From Malacoraja senta (taxonomy: Eukaryota): 64,000 bases of DNA. The DNA is taken from contig JAXLNO010000571.1 of the NCBI GenBank assembly GCA_038087875.1, forward strand, positions 124,001-188,000. The letters are read 5' to 3'. A model generated the notes under the pieces. That model did not search any database and was not told the DNA's origin. It saw only the letters and a program-made list of their open reading frames with translations. Positions within the stretch are counted from its first letter, which is position 1. Each line of letters starts with the position of its first letter. The position numbers were made by a program, and so were the translations under genes. Below, piece by piece: positions 25,601 to 39,755 of this stretch.

Positions 25601-26071
25601 CCTGCAATTTTTTCTGTAGTTTCCCCCAGTGTCCTGCATTTAGTGCATAATTTATAACATACATTTTTGAATCATTGTTTTGAGCGGTCTACTCAAACTT
25701 GAAACTGCCTTTGTGAATGATCACACGATTCAGCACGGAAGTCTGGATGTGCTCCGTTATTTTCTTGGCTCTAGACATTTTATGGCTCTGGATAAAACTA
25801 TTTAACTAAAACAAAAGCAGTATAACTACATTCCTCACAAGGTCAAATATTATGGAGTCCGGATGAAGCAATGATTAGAACATTTCTGTTTCTCTCCACA
25901 GATGTGAATCGACTTGCTGAGTTTTCAGTAACTGTTTTTTATGACAACTCATGTACAAGGAAAACTAATGCTAATTTCAGAGTTAGTGAACATTCAAACT
26001 CGCAAATGTAAGTAGATTTTTACTCCAATCACTCCTGCCATCCATGTTGATTGATATTATGTGGTACTCAC

Positions 26072-26223
26072 ATTATATAAGTAATACCAGTATCTACTGA
26101 TAGCGTGAAGGACTCTCAGAAGCAAAATTACATCCAGTGATGGGTCTTCAAATGTTATACCATCTGGAGGAATTGAAATCAGGTAGGTTTCCAAAGGATT
26201 TCCCACTGCAGGACACACACCAT
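26072..26223 (-). CDS. TRIP12: TRIP12 exon 19 ([14 protein letters not shown]...[10 protein letters not shown])
   Basis: acctag|AT, AAT|gtgagt, 152 nt. Confidence 0.95.
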
Positions 26224-26893
26224 CTAGGTGTAAAAAAAGTTACATCATTTAACTTAAACCTGGACATAAATGAAGACATTTTTCTCACTGAATTGCATAC
26301 AATTACAGAACTGTAAACATGCTTCTATTTATGTAACAGAAGGAAATGTTCAAATTATTAATCCTTGGGCTTCTTGCTAAATGTTTTTTCTAACGTTTGA
26401 AGAAATGCAAAGACAGTGTAGGCTACTTTCATCCTACTATAGTGTTCACTATCTCCAGTTGTTCCTTGAAAGAGGAAGACATTTCATTTTCTTTTTGATG
26501 TAACTGATGGGAGGAAATGTGCTATTCTAGAATGAAATAAGAAAATATTGGGTAACGACAGCAAAATATTTAGTTCTTAAAGGGGAGAAAAAAATAAAAT
26601 AATTCAGAACTTTGCCCACACAGCATAAACTGGTGGAAGACATCAAAGTAGATAGCAGGATGTCCAATTAAACCGAGGGCTTAGGACAACATGTTCTGCA
26701 GAACCGTATTTTTATTCATCACTTAAAGCGCCTTTTCTTTTGAATTTACAAAAAATGCAAAAGGTGCATTTAAATCAATGAAGAACTTAAATAAATTCTT
26801 CACCGCAGCAAAGCATAGGTTAATTGAGAAGTATATCATATGCTTAGATGCTCTAGATTCATGCCATTTTGAAATCATGTCACAAATGCTCAC

Positions 26894-27021
26894 CATGCCA
26901 CAGCTCGTCATGTTTCCTTGCATTTCTGGGCGAGGTTTTTGTAGGTGCAGACTGAGCTCTTCCTCGCTTCCCACCAACTGTATCCTTATTTCCTTCTTCC
27001 TCTTCTCTAACAGGTTTGTAC
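26894..27021 (-). CDS. TRIP12: TRIP12 exon 18 ([13 protein letters not shown]...HDELWH)
   Basis: aaatag|G, G|gtgagc, 128 nt. Confidence 0.95.
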
Positions 27022-27249
27022 CTATTTATGAAATTGAACAATGCTTTCAGCCATTTCAGAGAATTTGGACCACCATTTATGGCAATTAAAGCAGCACAGG
27101 TGAGTGTCATGAGAACAGTGGTCCTACACTAGACAGAATACATGAGCCTGCGTGAGACTCAATAATTCATTTCAGTTTATTGGATGACCAAATTCAGTAT
27201 GGATGACAAGCAGCATCAGATTATAATGAACAAGGTTATTATATTTCTC

Positions 27250-27375
27250 TGAAGATAGACAAAGTGCAGGAGTAATTCGGGTCAGGACTCTATTTATCCA
27301 TGTCCTCCAGAGATGTTGCCTGACCAGCTGAGTAACTCCAGCACTTTTCTTGCAAACCAGCATATGCAGTTTTGT
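27250..27375. mobile_element. Short Penelope terminal-repeat palindrome remnant
   Basis: caaagtgcaggagtaattcgggtc / gctgagtaactccagcac...catatgcagtt. Confidence 0.6.
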
Positions 27376-27855
27376 GTCTCCAAGCTATTCAAATATGGAT
27401 GAACATGTAATACACTACCCCAAAACAATATTACAGGTAATGAAACCGAAGCAACGGAAAATGCTTGAATACACAGGTCACAGTATCTGTTAAGGCAAAG
27501 CGTTCTCTGTGCAGAAACTGCCTAACTTACTATCTGCAGAACTTTGTGCAGCCTAACAAATCTATTTTGCCAGAATCATAATACACCAAGTCATTGCTGC
27601 ACTACACTGCACCTCACAAAATTAATTATATCCTTCATTAATGATCGTTGCTCCAGTAATCAGCTACGACAAACAAGGATTCACCACACTGACATCAGCA
27701 ATATTTGTATCATCCAGATTTACCAATCTCCACCCTCCAACTTCCTTCGTCCTCCCCACCTCCCCCTACTTGTCTATGTTTTCAACATAAGTTAGACAGA
27801 ACAGAATCGCAATTTAAAAAAGGGCACACGAGTGCTAGAGTAACTTAGTGGGTCA

Positions 27856-28182
<327 letters not shown>

Positions 28183-28679
28183 CTAGGAGAAAAAGGGCAA
28201 TATTTTAGTGTGTAATTCCTTATTAGTTGCTATTTCATGTGGTCTTAACAATAAAAATCCTTGCACGCAACATTTGGTTGAGTTAGAAATGTAATTAGAT
28301 CAAAGTTTTGAAAAATTAATTTGTTTAGCATTGAGCATTCAGATGAGTGCTGACATTAGTTGTAACTGGGATGAGGATATTGTACATGTGAAATTCTAAT
28401 GGTTTAGAAATTACTATGCACAAGATCCCAATCCCAGCTGCTACTAACCACGAGAAAATCTACCATGCAATTGGATTAAAGAATCCTGTATATTGAGCTG
28501 CAGGTTTTTGGGATAGATAATGAAGCCCAGATTTTAATTGCAACAAGGCTCAACTTGTTGCACACATCCAGGGATCCCTGAAGGCAACAAAAGAAATGCA
28601 TAAGGTAGCATTCATTGGTGAGGTAGTCAACAGGAATTATGAAACAGCAAGTTATGGTCCAACATTATAAAATATTTAT

Positions 28680-28862
28680 AGGAAAGAACAGCAGATGCTG
28701 GTTTAAATCGAAAGTAGACACAAAATGCTGGAGTAACTCAGCGGGACAGGCAGAGAAGGAATGGGTGACGTTTCGGGTCGAGACTTAAGTCTGAAGAAGG
28801 GTCTCGACCCATTTCTTCTCTCCAGAGATGCTGCCCGTCCCATCGAGTTACTCCAGCATTTT
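28680..28862. mobile_element. Penelope terminal-repeat palindrome with partial hammerhead cores
   Basis: gtgacgtttcgggtcgagac-ttaagt-ctgaagaagggtctcgaccc. Confidence 0.8.
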
Positions 28863-29671
28863 AAGGAGATTCACTAATATGTTGCCGGGGATGGAGACTT
28901 TCAACTAAGAGACTGGAAAGGCTGGATGTGATTTCTTTTGGATGGAGGAAGTTGAGGAGGAAAGGGAAATCTCACTCAAGTAACCAATATTAGAAAAAGG
29001 AGTAAATAGTGGTTAACTTTCCTCCTTGACATGAGTGTCTACAACCAGAGGGCATAGGATTACGTGTAGAGTAGTATCAAAAGGTATCCAATCGTCATGG
29101 TGGGCTTATACCTGTGGTGCAAGATGCTATGAATATTTATTTATTTTAAGCGTGCTCCTCTTGTTGGGTGTATCCAGGACAAGGTGACATGACTAGGCAA
29201 AGAGAGAGGCAAGGAAACACTTTATTAATGAGTGACAGAAGAGCAAAACATCCCCTAGTTGGCAAATGCTTGTTCAATTAATCCAGAACTATTCATTAGT
29301 CAAGGGCATTGTAAATTCCAGATAGATGCTTGGCATAGAGTATCGCCATGAGCTCAATAAATAAGTTTGGTTTTTACCTTGAACAGCGGAAGGTGAAGTG
29401 TGTGTGTTTATTTTTATTCTCTTGTTTATTATGTTGCTTACAGAGTACTATGTTTCCATATTCTGTTGTGCTGCAAGTAATAATTTCATTGCTCGGTCTG
29501 GGACATGTGACAATAAAACACAACTCTAGACTTGATTATTTCTCCCCTTTTACATTGGAAGAAAATGATAACATGCAATTTTAGAATTAACTAACATTAT
29601 TAGATTTATTAGTAACATGTTGATAACAACGATAAACATTTCTGCAAATCCCAGCTAACTGGAACATTTAC

Positions 29672-29745
29672 CAATGATTCATCAATTTCATCATCTGAGC
29701 CATCATCATCACTATCTTCATCCTCTTCGCGTATTCTTCCATACC
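29672..29745 (-). CDS. TRIP12: TRIP12 exon 16 ([24 protein letters not shown])
   Basis: ttcaag|GG, TTG|gtaaat, 74 nt. Confidence 0.94.
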
Positions 29746-29894
29746 CTTGAATTAGAAAAATACCATGTCAATATTAGCTCAAGAGTTTCTGATTTGAACA
29801 ATGGTGGATAACTACATGCAATAAATAGAAATCCTGACCATTACATGTTGTGCAACATGGCTCCAACAGAAACAAACTGTCTCGAAACATTTAG

Positions 29895-30380
29895 ACATTT
29901 CAGACGCTGGTTTATACCATAGAGGCAAAATACGGGATTAACTCGGCAATATCTCTGGAGAAAAAGGATGGGTGATGTTTCGGACCCTTCTTGAGTGGGT
30001 GGGGGGGGGGGGGGGGGGGGAGAGGCAAGAGAAGATGAAGAGCTGGAGGCGAGATAAGACCAGGACCAATCAGGGCCAGCCACACATGATCTCAGAGAGG
30101 GTGGTGTCTGGTAGCTCCATTGTTGGCTCGGGAAGGTGTAATCCCAAGAGGAACAATGTGGAGAACTGAGGAACTGGTAAAACAACTAGGGCAGAGGAAG
30201 GGAGTGGGGAGGGGAATGCAAGATGAAGTTACTAAAATTAGAAAATTTAATGTTCAGGCCAAATGCAAATTGGAGGAACAGCACCTCATATTTTGCCTAG
30301 TCCCAACCCATCTTTTATCTCCAGAGATGCTGCCTGACCTGCACGGAGTTACGCCAGCACTTTGTGCCTATCTTTTGTTC
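29895..30380. mobile_element. Penelope fragment with inverted terminal repeat
   Basis: CKLEEQHLIFCL matches the PLE C-terminus at ~2410; terminal-repeat arms on both sides. Confidence 0.65.
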
Positions 30381-32323
30381 TGAACATTTACTGACCCTAT
30401 GCCTTCATTCCTCTAGGTTTCATCCATCAACTGAACCTCGCACCTCAAAATAGCAAGGGGATTTTTATTCAAAAATTAAACATCCATAACCCAATGAATG
30501 AATGCCATATAAAGAATTCGTCTTTATATTTCACAACACTGGGCAGAACAAATTCATTTTACTCAATAGTGACCATGTACTGTGGAACCCAGTAATGCAT
30601 GTCTTACGATTTTAGATAGCTTTTGTGATTCAACTTGGTTTTATAAATAGCAATATAATAAAAATTACTCTTTCTTTGTATGCTATTAACGTCACAAGAG
30701 CCTTGAATTTTGAAACAAACGCCTATTCTTTTCAACTTCATGTCGGAAATTGCTCCCTGCAGTTTCCCTACAAAAATTTTCAATATTTCTTCAGCTTTCT
30801 GGAGAATTAATTGTATTTTATGTCAACAATAACATTTGACATCACCTTCAAGATATGCATCTTAACAGTTTTATGATTTGGAGGTACTTGTTCACTTCAA
30901 ATTTTCAGTACCACACAAAATCTGTCATTTCTGCTGAACATGCTAACGATTTACAACAGAGTTTGCTGTCCTGACCCTAATTTCATATCCCATAACATTC
31001 AAAGGCAATTCCATAGGTTGCTTTTAACAACATTGAGTTCCGTCAATGTTATTTGTAATAACATTGACGGCATAAGCCCTACCATGCCCGTTGGTTCCTG
31101 GAAAAAAACCTGAGGTTTGTCAAAAAATTATCCCTTCTGAAATCAATATTGGTTACTTTTAACTATGTACCTCCTTCGAGGCTGAAATGTCCCTGGAAAG
31201 ATATTAAACTAATAGGTCCAAAATCACATTTCTTTCATCTCCCATTTAAATAAGTTATGTTTTGGTCACTCTCCAGCACACATCTGCAAAATTATAAAGC
31301 ACTGGCTATTTTCTCTCTTGCTCTCTTTTGCAGCATTTTAAAAAGAATCCTGTGCATTGGTATTTTACCTTCCTTTAATACAACCAATATTCATAACTTT
31401 AATCCATTTTATCAACAAAAATCAGGATTCACTCGTCTAATATTCCCCTCTGCGCAAAATGAATAGTTAAGTAATGAGCAAAATCAGATCAAAAGTTTCA
31501 TGGCAATGTTGATCTCAGTGCACTGGTGTACAATTTGCTTCAGTGTTTTTTTAAATTACTATCCAAGCCACTGAAATTGCATTCCTTGCAGCAAATCACT
31601 GCTTCACCCTTCCTTCAAATTCAATCCAGTTCACTTTCTATCCACGTAGCATGGTAAGACAACATGAATGGTATCCTTCGCTTTCCATCTGCAATAGATT
31701 TCTGGTTAACATCTGCCCTCAAATGGTTAGCACGTCCAAGAATCAGCTGGGGTGGCTGAGAATATACTATATTATTCAACAGTGAATTCATGATCTTCAG
31801 TATCTGAGGGGCAAGCCTGTTAAAAGTTGAACAGATACTCTCAATTCCTGTTTTGCTTTTTGTTGTTGCTATTTGCAATTAAAGGGCACTATATAAATAC
31901 CAAGAGCTCTTAAAATTGTTAACTTTTTTAGCAAGGTCAAGTCATGCACAAAATGGAGAAGTAGGGGCTAGACTAATTTTTGCAAAGAAAATCTTGTCCT
32001 TCCTCGAACTTAATGACACGGATATTGAGATGAGGAGGAACCCACAAGATTATCAATCACTGGCTACAGGTCTTGGCTATCGGTGCCAAGATGCAAACTT
32101 CCCTTGAAGTAGACTCCCAGCTATGAGCAAGGCCCAGTATATTGCAGAGTCTCTCTGATCCAAGCTCACATGTGCTACCTGCAGCTGTGACTTGATCCAT
32201 TTAGCTTAGTCCCGTCTTCTCCACCAGTAATATTTGTATAACATTACGTAATACCAATAAAGATAGCAAGTAAAAGAGGCATTAGAAGACTAGAAATCAA
32301 TTACGAATATTAAAATTGTTTCA

Positions 32324-32743
<420 letters not shown>

Positions 32744-33461
32744 CTAAACAGTCAATTAAAACAAATGTTTCCCCATTCAAAAATTAATATGCAAGTCTAA
32801 CACTGCGAAAGGTGAGGGCGAGGAAGATTGTGCATGAGCAGTTCAAGGAAATTAAGTCGCCAATTAAAAACTTTTTATAAACCATCACAATGTTTTCTGA
32901 TTCTGATTGTGCCTGCCACGCTGGGACATTCCAATTAAAGGCTAATTTAACCCAGGGAGACAGCTAGTAGTTAAAGTGGCAGCAGTGCCACAACCAAACA
33001 TACAGATTACATTAATAGCTAATTTTTGAGCACTGTGTAAAATTTACATATGTACATGTTTCTTCTGGTTCCATTTCACATATCTGGTAGTTAGTTGACT
33101 ACTGTATATTATTATTTAAATGTCAAAACTAATCAAAAAGTGTTGATAGGCCCCGTGAGAGAGAATATATTGCAGGAGTACATGAAAATGATAGTAGTTC
33201 TTATTGCCCTGAGATCAGATGTGGGACCAATGGCTCTCTCCTATTCCGAGATACCATGCCATTTAAACCTGGGCTTACATGTGAAGGTGATGCCTTTCTT
33301 GCTAGTCTTGCATGGCCGACAAGTACTTGCAAGCAGCATGGAGTTTATTTTTTATTAATTTTCAAGTGTGTAAATGACAACGGAAATCCCAGATCTGCCT
33401 TATGCCTCAGCAAAACCCATACGTTTAATCATACAACTCCCATTATTTAGTTAAATCAAGG

Positions 33462-33935
33462 GGGCAGCACAGTGGTGCAGCGCTAGAGTTGCTGCCTAAA
33501 GGGCCTGTCCCACTTACGCAATTATTTCAGCGACTTGTGTGTCGCCTGTATGGTTGTGAGTAGTCACTCAAAGAGTCATACCTTTTTCTGGTCACCGCTG
33601 GATTTTTAACATGTTGAAAATTTTCGGCGACCTGCTGCGACTATGACGGTGCCAGCAAGTCGCCGAAAAAAAATCGCGTGTGGGACAGGCCCTTTACAGC
33701 GCTTGCGACCTGGGTTCGATCCTGACTACAGGTGCTGTCAGTACGGAGTTTGTACGTTCTCCCTGTGACTGGGCGAGTTTTCTCTGGGTGCACCGGTTTC
33801 CTCGCACATTCCAAAGACCTAGAGGTTTGTACACAATTTGGCCTCATGTAAATTGTTCATAGTGTGTTGGATAGTGCTAGCATATGGGGATTGGTGGGCC
33901 CAAGGCCCTATTTCCATGCCATAGCTCTGAACTAA
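33462..33935 (+). mobile_element. tRNA-derived SINE interrupted by a MITE
   Basis: ggcagcacagtggtgcagcg...gctgcc|MITE|cagcgc...gggttcgatcctgac. Confidence 0.85.
33500..33693. mobile_element. PIF/Harbinger-like MITE nested in the SINE
   Basis: TIR agggcctgtcccac / gtgggacaggccct; flanks TAA/TTA. Confidence 0.85.
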
Positions 33936-34162
33936 AGGGATAATTAAAGATCCGTCTCTGACATCTGAATCATTAGATCAAGTTACTTCAATCAGTGGGT
34001 ATTTTGCTCATGGGTAGTAAATGTTTCTCAATGGCTGGCTTTCTTTTGGACTGTCTGGTGGTTGGTGTAGACAGCAAGGGAACAGACTAATCATTGCAGT
34101 TTTAACATACCATTAAAGGTTTGATACTTCCATTCAAAACCATGTTAATACACAATTCATAC

Positions 34163-34314
34163 CTGCTTCCTGTTCCATTCCCACTCGGGAAATCGTGCAC
34201 CTTCACTGGAAATTGCTCCATCTGACTCAGACAATTGTTCATCTTGTGCACCAATGCAAGCAAAGGCCCGTTTCCAAGAGGTTCAAGTCGACCAAGAGGT
34301 TCGTCTCCTGGAGG
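34163..34314 (-). CDS. TRIP12: TRIP12 exon 14 (PPGDEPLG...[12 protein letters not shown])
   Basis: ttgcag|CCT, AG|gtatga, 152 nt. Confidence 0.95.
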
Positions 34315-34770
34315 CTGCAAAGGTGGATAAAATGCATTACATTCCTCAAAGTTCTCTATGCTTGATTATTTGCAATTTCTTCCCCCCCCCCCCACACATA
34401 TGTTTTAATACATCTTCATTGACTAAATGTATCACTGCATGAAGCATTCAACATGAAGCATTCTAGTGACATAGCCAACATTTACAACATTGAGGCAGAA
34501 CTGTTTCACAGCTGCCTCTTGGGAAGATCGCTTTCAATCCAATTATGTAAACAATTTATCCTTCTAACCAGACTGTGACTGAACGTGTTCCATTATAAAT
34601 AGACTTGTTATAGAAGGAATAATCAGCAACCAGATAGATCCTTTTTAAGATGATCAAAGGTTGATATATTTTCTGCATTGGTAACTTCACAGGTTTGATA
34701 TATTGCATGTTGACGATATGATTATTAACATAATGCTTTTGCATCTATATATTTAGAGGTTTGAAAGTGG

Positions 34771-35213
34771 TTGAAATTTTCCATACAACTGTTAGCATGC
34801 AAAGTGATTTACGTCCAACAACATTTGCCTCAGTAACAAAAGTAATAAAGCATCGTGCCTATTAGCACAGAGCAGCAGTGGCACAACGGTGGAGCTGCTG
34901 CCTTACAGCGCCAGAGACCCACCCGGGTTTGATCCCGACTACAGGTAGGTGCTGTCTGTATGGAGTTTGAACGTTCTCCCCGTGACCTACGTGGGTTTTC
35001 TCCAGGATCGCCGGTTTCCTCCCACACTCCAAAGATGTACAGGTTTGTAGGTTAATTGGCTTGTTAATTGTAATAATTGTAAATTGTCCCTAGTGGGTGT
35101 AGGATAGCGTTAGTATGCGGGGATCGCTGGTCGGCGCACACAGTGGGCTGAAGGGCCCGTTTCCATACTGTTTCTCTAAACTTTAACAAATTTAGCTAGT
35201 TTCGTACCATTAT
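34771..35213 (+). repeat. Duplicated segment copy A (contains SINE ~34870-35182)
   Basis: Near-identical to 37989-38407, including non-SINE flanks. Confidence 0.9.
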
Positions 35214-35921
35214 CTCATCTCACACATTTAGAGTCACAGAATCATATAGCACAGAAACAGGCCCTTTGGCCCACCATGTCCATGCTAACTACCACCTCAT
35301 CTATACTAATCTCATTAATCCCTCTATACTACCAACATTTGGTCTGTAGCCTCACATGTCTTTGTGATACAAGTGCTCTGCTAGATATTGAAATGACTCG
35401 GGAGTAGGTGACTCCACTATCTTCTCAGGCAGATTGGACCCCTTCTGGGTGAAAGAAAAATGATTTTTTTGTATCTTTGAGCCAATAATTAACATATGAT
35501 AAAATACCAGGCAGACTATATTTCAACTAGACCCGTGTACACATTTCTTCATCAATTCCATGGACAATCCAAATAAAGGTCACCCATATTTACTAACTAA
35601 CCATGCCCAGTTACCTTAATTTTGATGAGACCAATTGTTTCCCACTCACTGATAAATATTTGGGCGCTATAAGTTCAAAACTATTCTTAACTTTTGATAA
35701 ACACCTACTAAATTTTTTGGTTAATAAGAGCAAAAAGATGTTTCCACAAAGAATTATAACCACTGAAACTTAAAATAAATAGCACAAAGCAACATTTAAG
35801 AGTTTTTGATTGTACCATCGGTTTGAGGATCTGAACTAAACCAGATGCAATTAGCTATTAAATTTGCAAGACATAATCAGTAGGGAAATTATGAATGTAG
35901 CTGCAAACAGAAGTTACTCAC

Positions 35922-36113
35922 AGGACAACCGTAGAAAACGTGAAGAAACCTTCTCAATCTGACATTTCGGTTCACAAGGTCTTTATCACTTTTTGACGTC
36001 AAATACAACAGCAATTGTTTTACAAAACCACTGTGCTGAATTTCAAAGGACGACACATCGGACTCCGAGACTATTGAGCGAATTTCTAAAAGGCACTCAA
36101 TTCCTCCATCCAC
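35922..36113 (-). CDS. TRIP12: TRIP12 exon 13 ([29 protein letters not shown]...FYGCP)
   Basis: ccaaag|GTG, CCT|gtgagt, 192 nt. Confidence 0.95.
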
Positions 36114-36706
36114 CTTTGGGGGGTAAAAAATAAGACAGTGAGTCTATGGTACACAAAACACAAATTAAATCAAATCTGCTTCAGAAACTTTATGTAGAAG
36201 TCATTCTGATGCAACTTCAAATGGGGTTGTAAAGTACTTTTCACACAAGCTCCTCACACAAAGTGAAATCTTCCACACAAGTCTTAAATTTTAAGATTGG
36301 ATGTCTTAAGTCTCATACAATATTCATTTTTAAAAACAGACTAACATTTTTATCTTCAATTATCTTCAACCTGACCAGAGGCAAATGCCAGAAACTGTAG
36401 GATATGCACCATGTGCAGTGTTGCACAATTAAAGTTCAAGGCAAATAAGTGGGCAGATACCATGGAGGAATATCACAGCCTAATTAATATACAAGTTCAA
36501 GAAAGTGATCGAGGTGTGTTCCATTACACTCAAGGGGAAATTTAAAGCATTGAAGTCTTCAAACTTTTAGGCATGAAATGGATTTCAAGAGAAATGAAAA
36601 GTTGGATAGAAATTACAAACTGCAAAGACTAAAATGACAACAGCCTTTGCAGGAGTCAGTTCAGAGAACACCAACACCACAAGATAACCTCATGAATCCA
36701 AAAATG

Positions 36707-36907
36707 AAAGTGCTGGAGTAACTCAGCAGTTCAGGTAACATCTGTAGAAAACATGGAAAGGTGACATTTCGGGTACTGACACTCCTTCAGTCCCGACCCA
36801 AAAACGTATCCATGTTTTCTGGAGATGCGGCCTGGCCCACTGAGTTGCTCCAGCATTGTGTGTCTCTTTTGCAAACCTGCATCTGCAGTTCCTTGCGTCT
36901 CCAATCT
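36707..36907. mobile_element. Penelope terminal-repeat palindrome with ~12-bp TSD
   Basis: aatccaaaa(a/t)tg at 36695-36706 and 36908-36919. Confidence 0.75.
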
Positions 36908-37807
36908 AATCCAAAATTGGGTGAAATATCTTAACATTGAAACCCATTCACTTGTCCTGATGTTTTATTTTTTAAAGTTATTCATAAGATCCCCTTTAGA
37001 TTTTTTATCAATTTTGTTCCAATTTAACCAATCACTTAAAATATCAATATCCTTTTGTAGCCTTATTTCCTCTTCACAATTTTCCACCATCTTTGCCTCA
37101 TCAACAAACTTAAACATTCTAATTTTGATCCTGTGTAGTCTCATCTCTGATAGAAAACTTGAGTCCATAACATCAGAACCAAGATGCAAAGGTACCACCC
37201 AAGTTACTGCTAAAATGTGGCAGTGATAAACAGAGTTGAAGGACATCATTGCTTGCCATGATGTGAAAGTAAGCATTTTTTCCACAAACTGAAATAGCTG
37301 GCACATCAGAAAGTGCTAATGTCTCCACAAAAGAGCCCTCATCCGAAAGAGTTGTTACATTAACTGGCTGTAACAAATTAACACTTAGAGTAGATAGATG
37401 GTAAAAGAATTGTAGTGGGATTAATGGGCATGTAATAGAATGTAGAAAGGCCACAGGAATTAGGGAGAGGGGTAATGGGACTAATAGGATTGCCCTGCTG
37501 AGAGCTAACATTGACTTAATGCATCAAATGCCCTAACTTTGCTTTACAGTTAGTCAGATAGTTAAGTCAGTTATAGGTATTTAACCAAAGGATGAAAAAA
37601 ATGCACATATCTCTTGCAGCTAAACAAGTGAATAAACAATGAGGAATCAGATTCTTCAACCATCTGATAAGGAATGAAATATTTAGGAATTGGACTACAA
37701 ATAGCAAAACTTAAAGATACAGAGTTGGTCACTTGAATTTTGTTCAAGCTGCAACCCCTATTGCAAATCATTTACTCATTGGTTTTTGAAAAGCTTTTGA
37801 TTCAGAC

Positions 37808-37949
37808 CTGCAAACTTAGTTGCTCAGTGGCAGAACAAAGTCTCTGAAGAACATTCAGTGCTGGATTGCTTGCATCCACATTCTCTGAGGTGAAGTAACG
37901 GTCAACAAATTTATGGGCTTGTTCCTTTATCCATACTTTTATCTTCTCT
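37808..37949 (-). CDS. TRIP12: TRIP12 exon 12 ([15 protein letters not shown]...QLSLQ)
   Basis: cttacag|A, CAG|gtctga, 142 nt. Confidence 0.95.
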
Positions 37950-37988
37950 CTGTAAGGAAAGTGATTGTTCAAAATACAAATGGTAATA

Positions 37989-38407
37989 TTGAAATTTTCC
38001 ATACAACTGTTAGCATGCAAAAGTGCTTTACGTCCAACAACATTTGCCTCAGTAACAAAAGTAATAAAGCAACGTGCCTATTAACACAGAGCAGCAGTGG
38101 CACAGCGGTGGAGCAGCTGCCTTACAGCGCCAGAGACCCACCCGGGTTTGAACCCGACTAGGAGTTTGCACATTCTCCCCGTGACCTGCGTGAGTTTTTT
38201 CCAGGATCGCCGGTTTCCTCCCACACTCCAAAGATGTACAGGCTTGTAGGTAAATTGGCTTGGTATAATTGTAAATTGTCCCTCGTGGGTGTAGGATAGC
38301 GTTAGTATGCGGGGATCGCTGGTCGGCACAGACACAGTGGGCTGAAGGGCCCATTTCCATACTGTATCTCTAAACTTAAACAAATTTAGCTAGTTTCGTA
38401 CCATTAT
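37989..38407 (+). repeat. Duplicated segment copy B (contains SINE ~38090-38375)
   Basis: Near-identical to 34771-35213. Confidence 0.9.
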
Positions 38408-38612
38408 TCAACTTAATAAACTGTCACCACCAATTAAACTCTGGCACCACCAATTTTGTTCTGCTGCATAATTGTACTTTACTGCGCAACCCTCCAAATA
38501 AAGCATAAACCTGAATGAAAAGATTGGCTATTTTAAGCAGCAGTGATAAAACTTGAAACAATGAGGCATTATGAAATCTAACATATTTCCTCATAATTCT
38601 AAAGAGTAGTAC

Positions 38613-38787
38613 CTGTTATTGGACATGGTATCCTTTGAGGTGACCCGTGCAATGCCACTTACTCCGGCAGTGCGTGCTGGTTCAGCATTGTTGCTATTTG
38701 ACTGCGTGCTTAGCCTTCCCCATGTTTTGGGATTCAAACTTGCTAGGAAGGAAGATTTAGGTGACTGGGCAGCTGTAGGACTCTTTG
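38613..38787 (-). CDS. TRIP12: TRIP12 exon 11 ([25 protein letters not shown]...MSNN)
   Basis: cttacag|CA, AG|gtacta, 175 nt. Confidence 0.95.
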
Positions 38788-39419
38788 CTGTAAGGAAAAA
38801 AATTGGAAGCTAGTAAAAAGGCTGCAATTTTCCACATGGAGTCATTTTCCTGTAGTTCAAATTTCTGTCCAATAAAGTACTGCAGATATAAAACTATGCA
38901 GTGCTTAAGGTAATCTAAGAGCCCAATTTCTAACTTTGCCCACAGTATAACCAAAGTAGCTGATGATTCATATCTAAGCTTCAAGATTTAACCAACATGA
39001 GGGAATCCATGCACTTTGGATTTTCAAGTAGTATTTGATAAAGTGTCATATGAGAAATAATGGAGAAAACAGATTCACAAGATGGTGCTAATACCTAGCA
39101 GGTTTGGCCGTAATATCTTGGCATGAACAGGGGATAAGTTAAAAGGCAAAAGGATAATAAATTATTTGCACGTTAGCAATGATCCCAAGTGGTTGAAGGA
39201 TCAGAACTGGGTCCTCATAATTAACTACTATTTTCAACGATTTCAAGATGTAATATTTGATGACAATATAAAGCTAGGTGCGAAAATGAGCTGCGAGTCA
39301 GATGGGCTAAACAGGTGAAGAGGGCAGCACATACAGTATAAAATGTAAACACACGAAGTTAAGCAAAGAACTAAACAGCAAAATGATTTCATTTATCACT
39401 TTTGTTTACAACATTTGTT

Positions 39420-39590
39420 AATACAAGATACATTTATTTGTCACATGTGCCAGTTGGCACAGTGAAATGTGATCAGCCATACAATAAAATAAAGAACACA
39501 ACACACGATAGAGTCCAACATAAAACATCCCCACACAGCAGAATCAAAAGTTTCCCACTGTGAGTGAAGGCACCAAAGTCAGTCAATCTT
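39420..39590 (-). mobile_element. 5'-truncated non-coding retroposon (family of 42012-42850)
   Basis: Shares aacatcccc..cacagc.gaatcaa...tttcccac.gtgag.gaaggcaccaaagt and the tttatt(t)gtcacatg tail. Confidence 0.7.
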
Positions 39591-39755
39591 ACAAATGTAA
39601 GTGATACTCAATATTCTTGGCTCGTTAACTTCCAAAACCGAGACACACACTCCAACAGTCTTCCCACACAATACTTCAAGTGTTTAAACAGACTACCAGC
39701 AAAAACAAATTGGCATCTCCATTATTAGAGGACTGTAACATTACAGGAACAGTAC

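Noticed and set aside
31621-31878. 85-aa minus-strand ORF as an extra TRIP12 exon
   Set aside because: Flanking exons already join in phase, there is no TRIP12 similarity, and no convincing donor.
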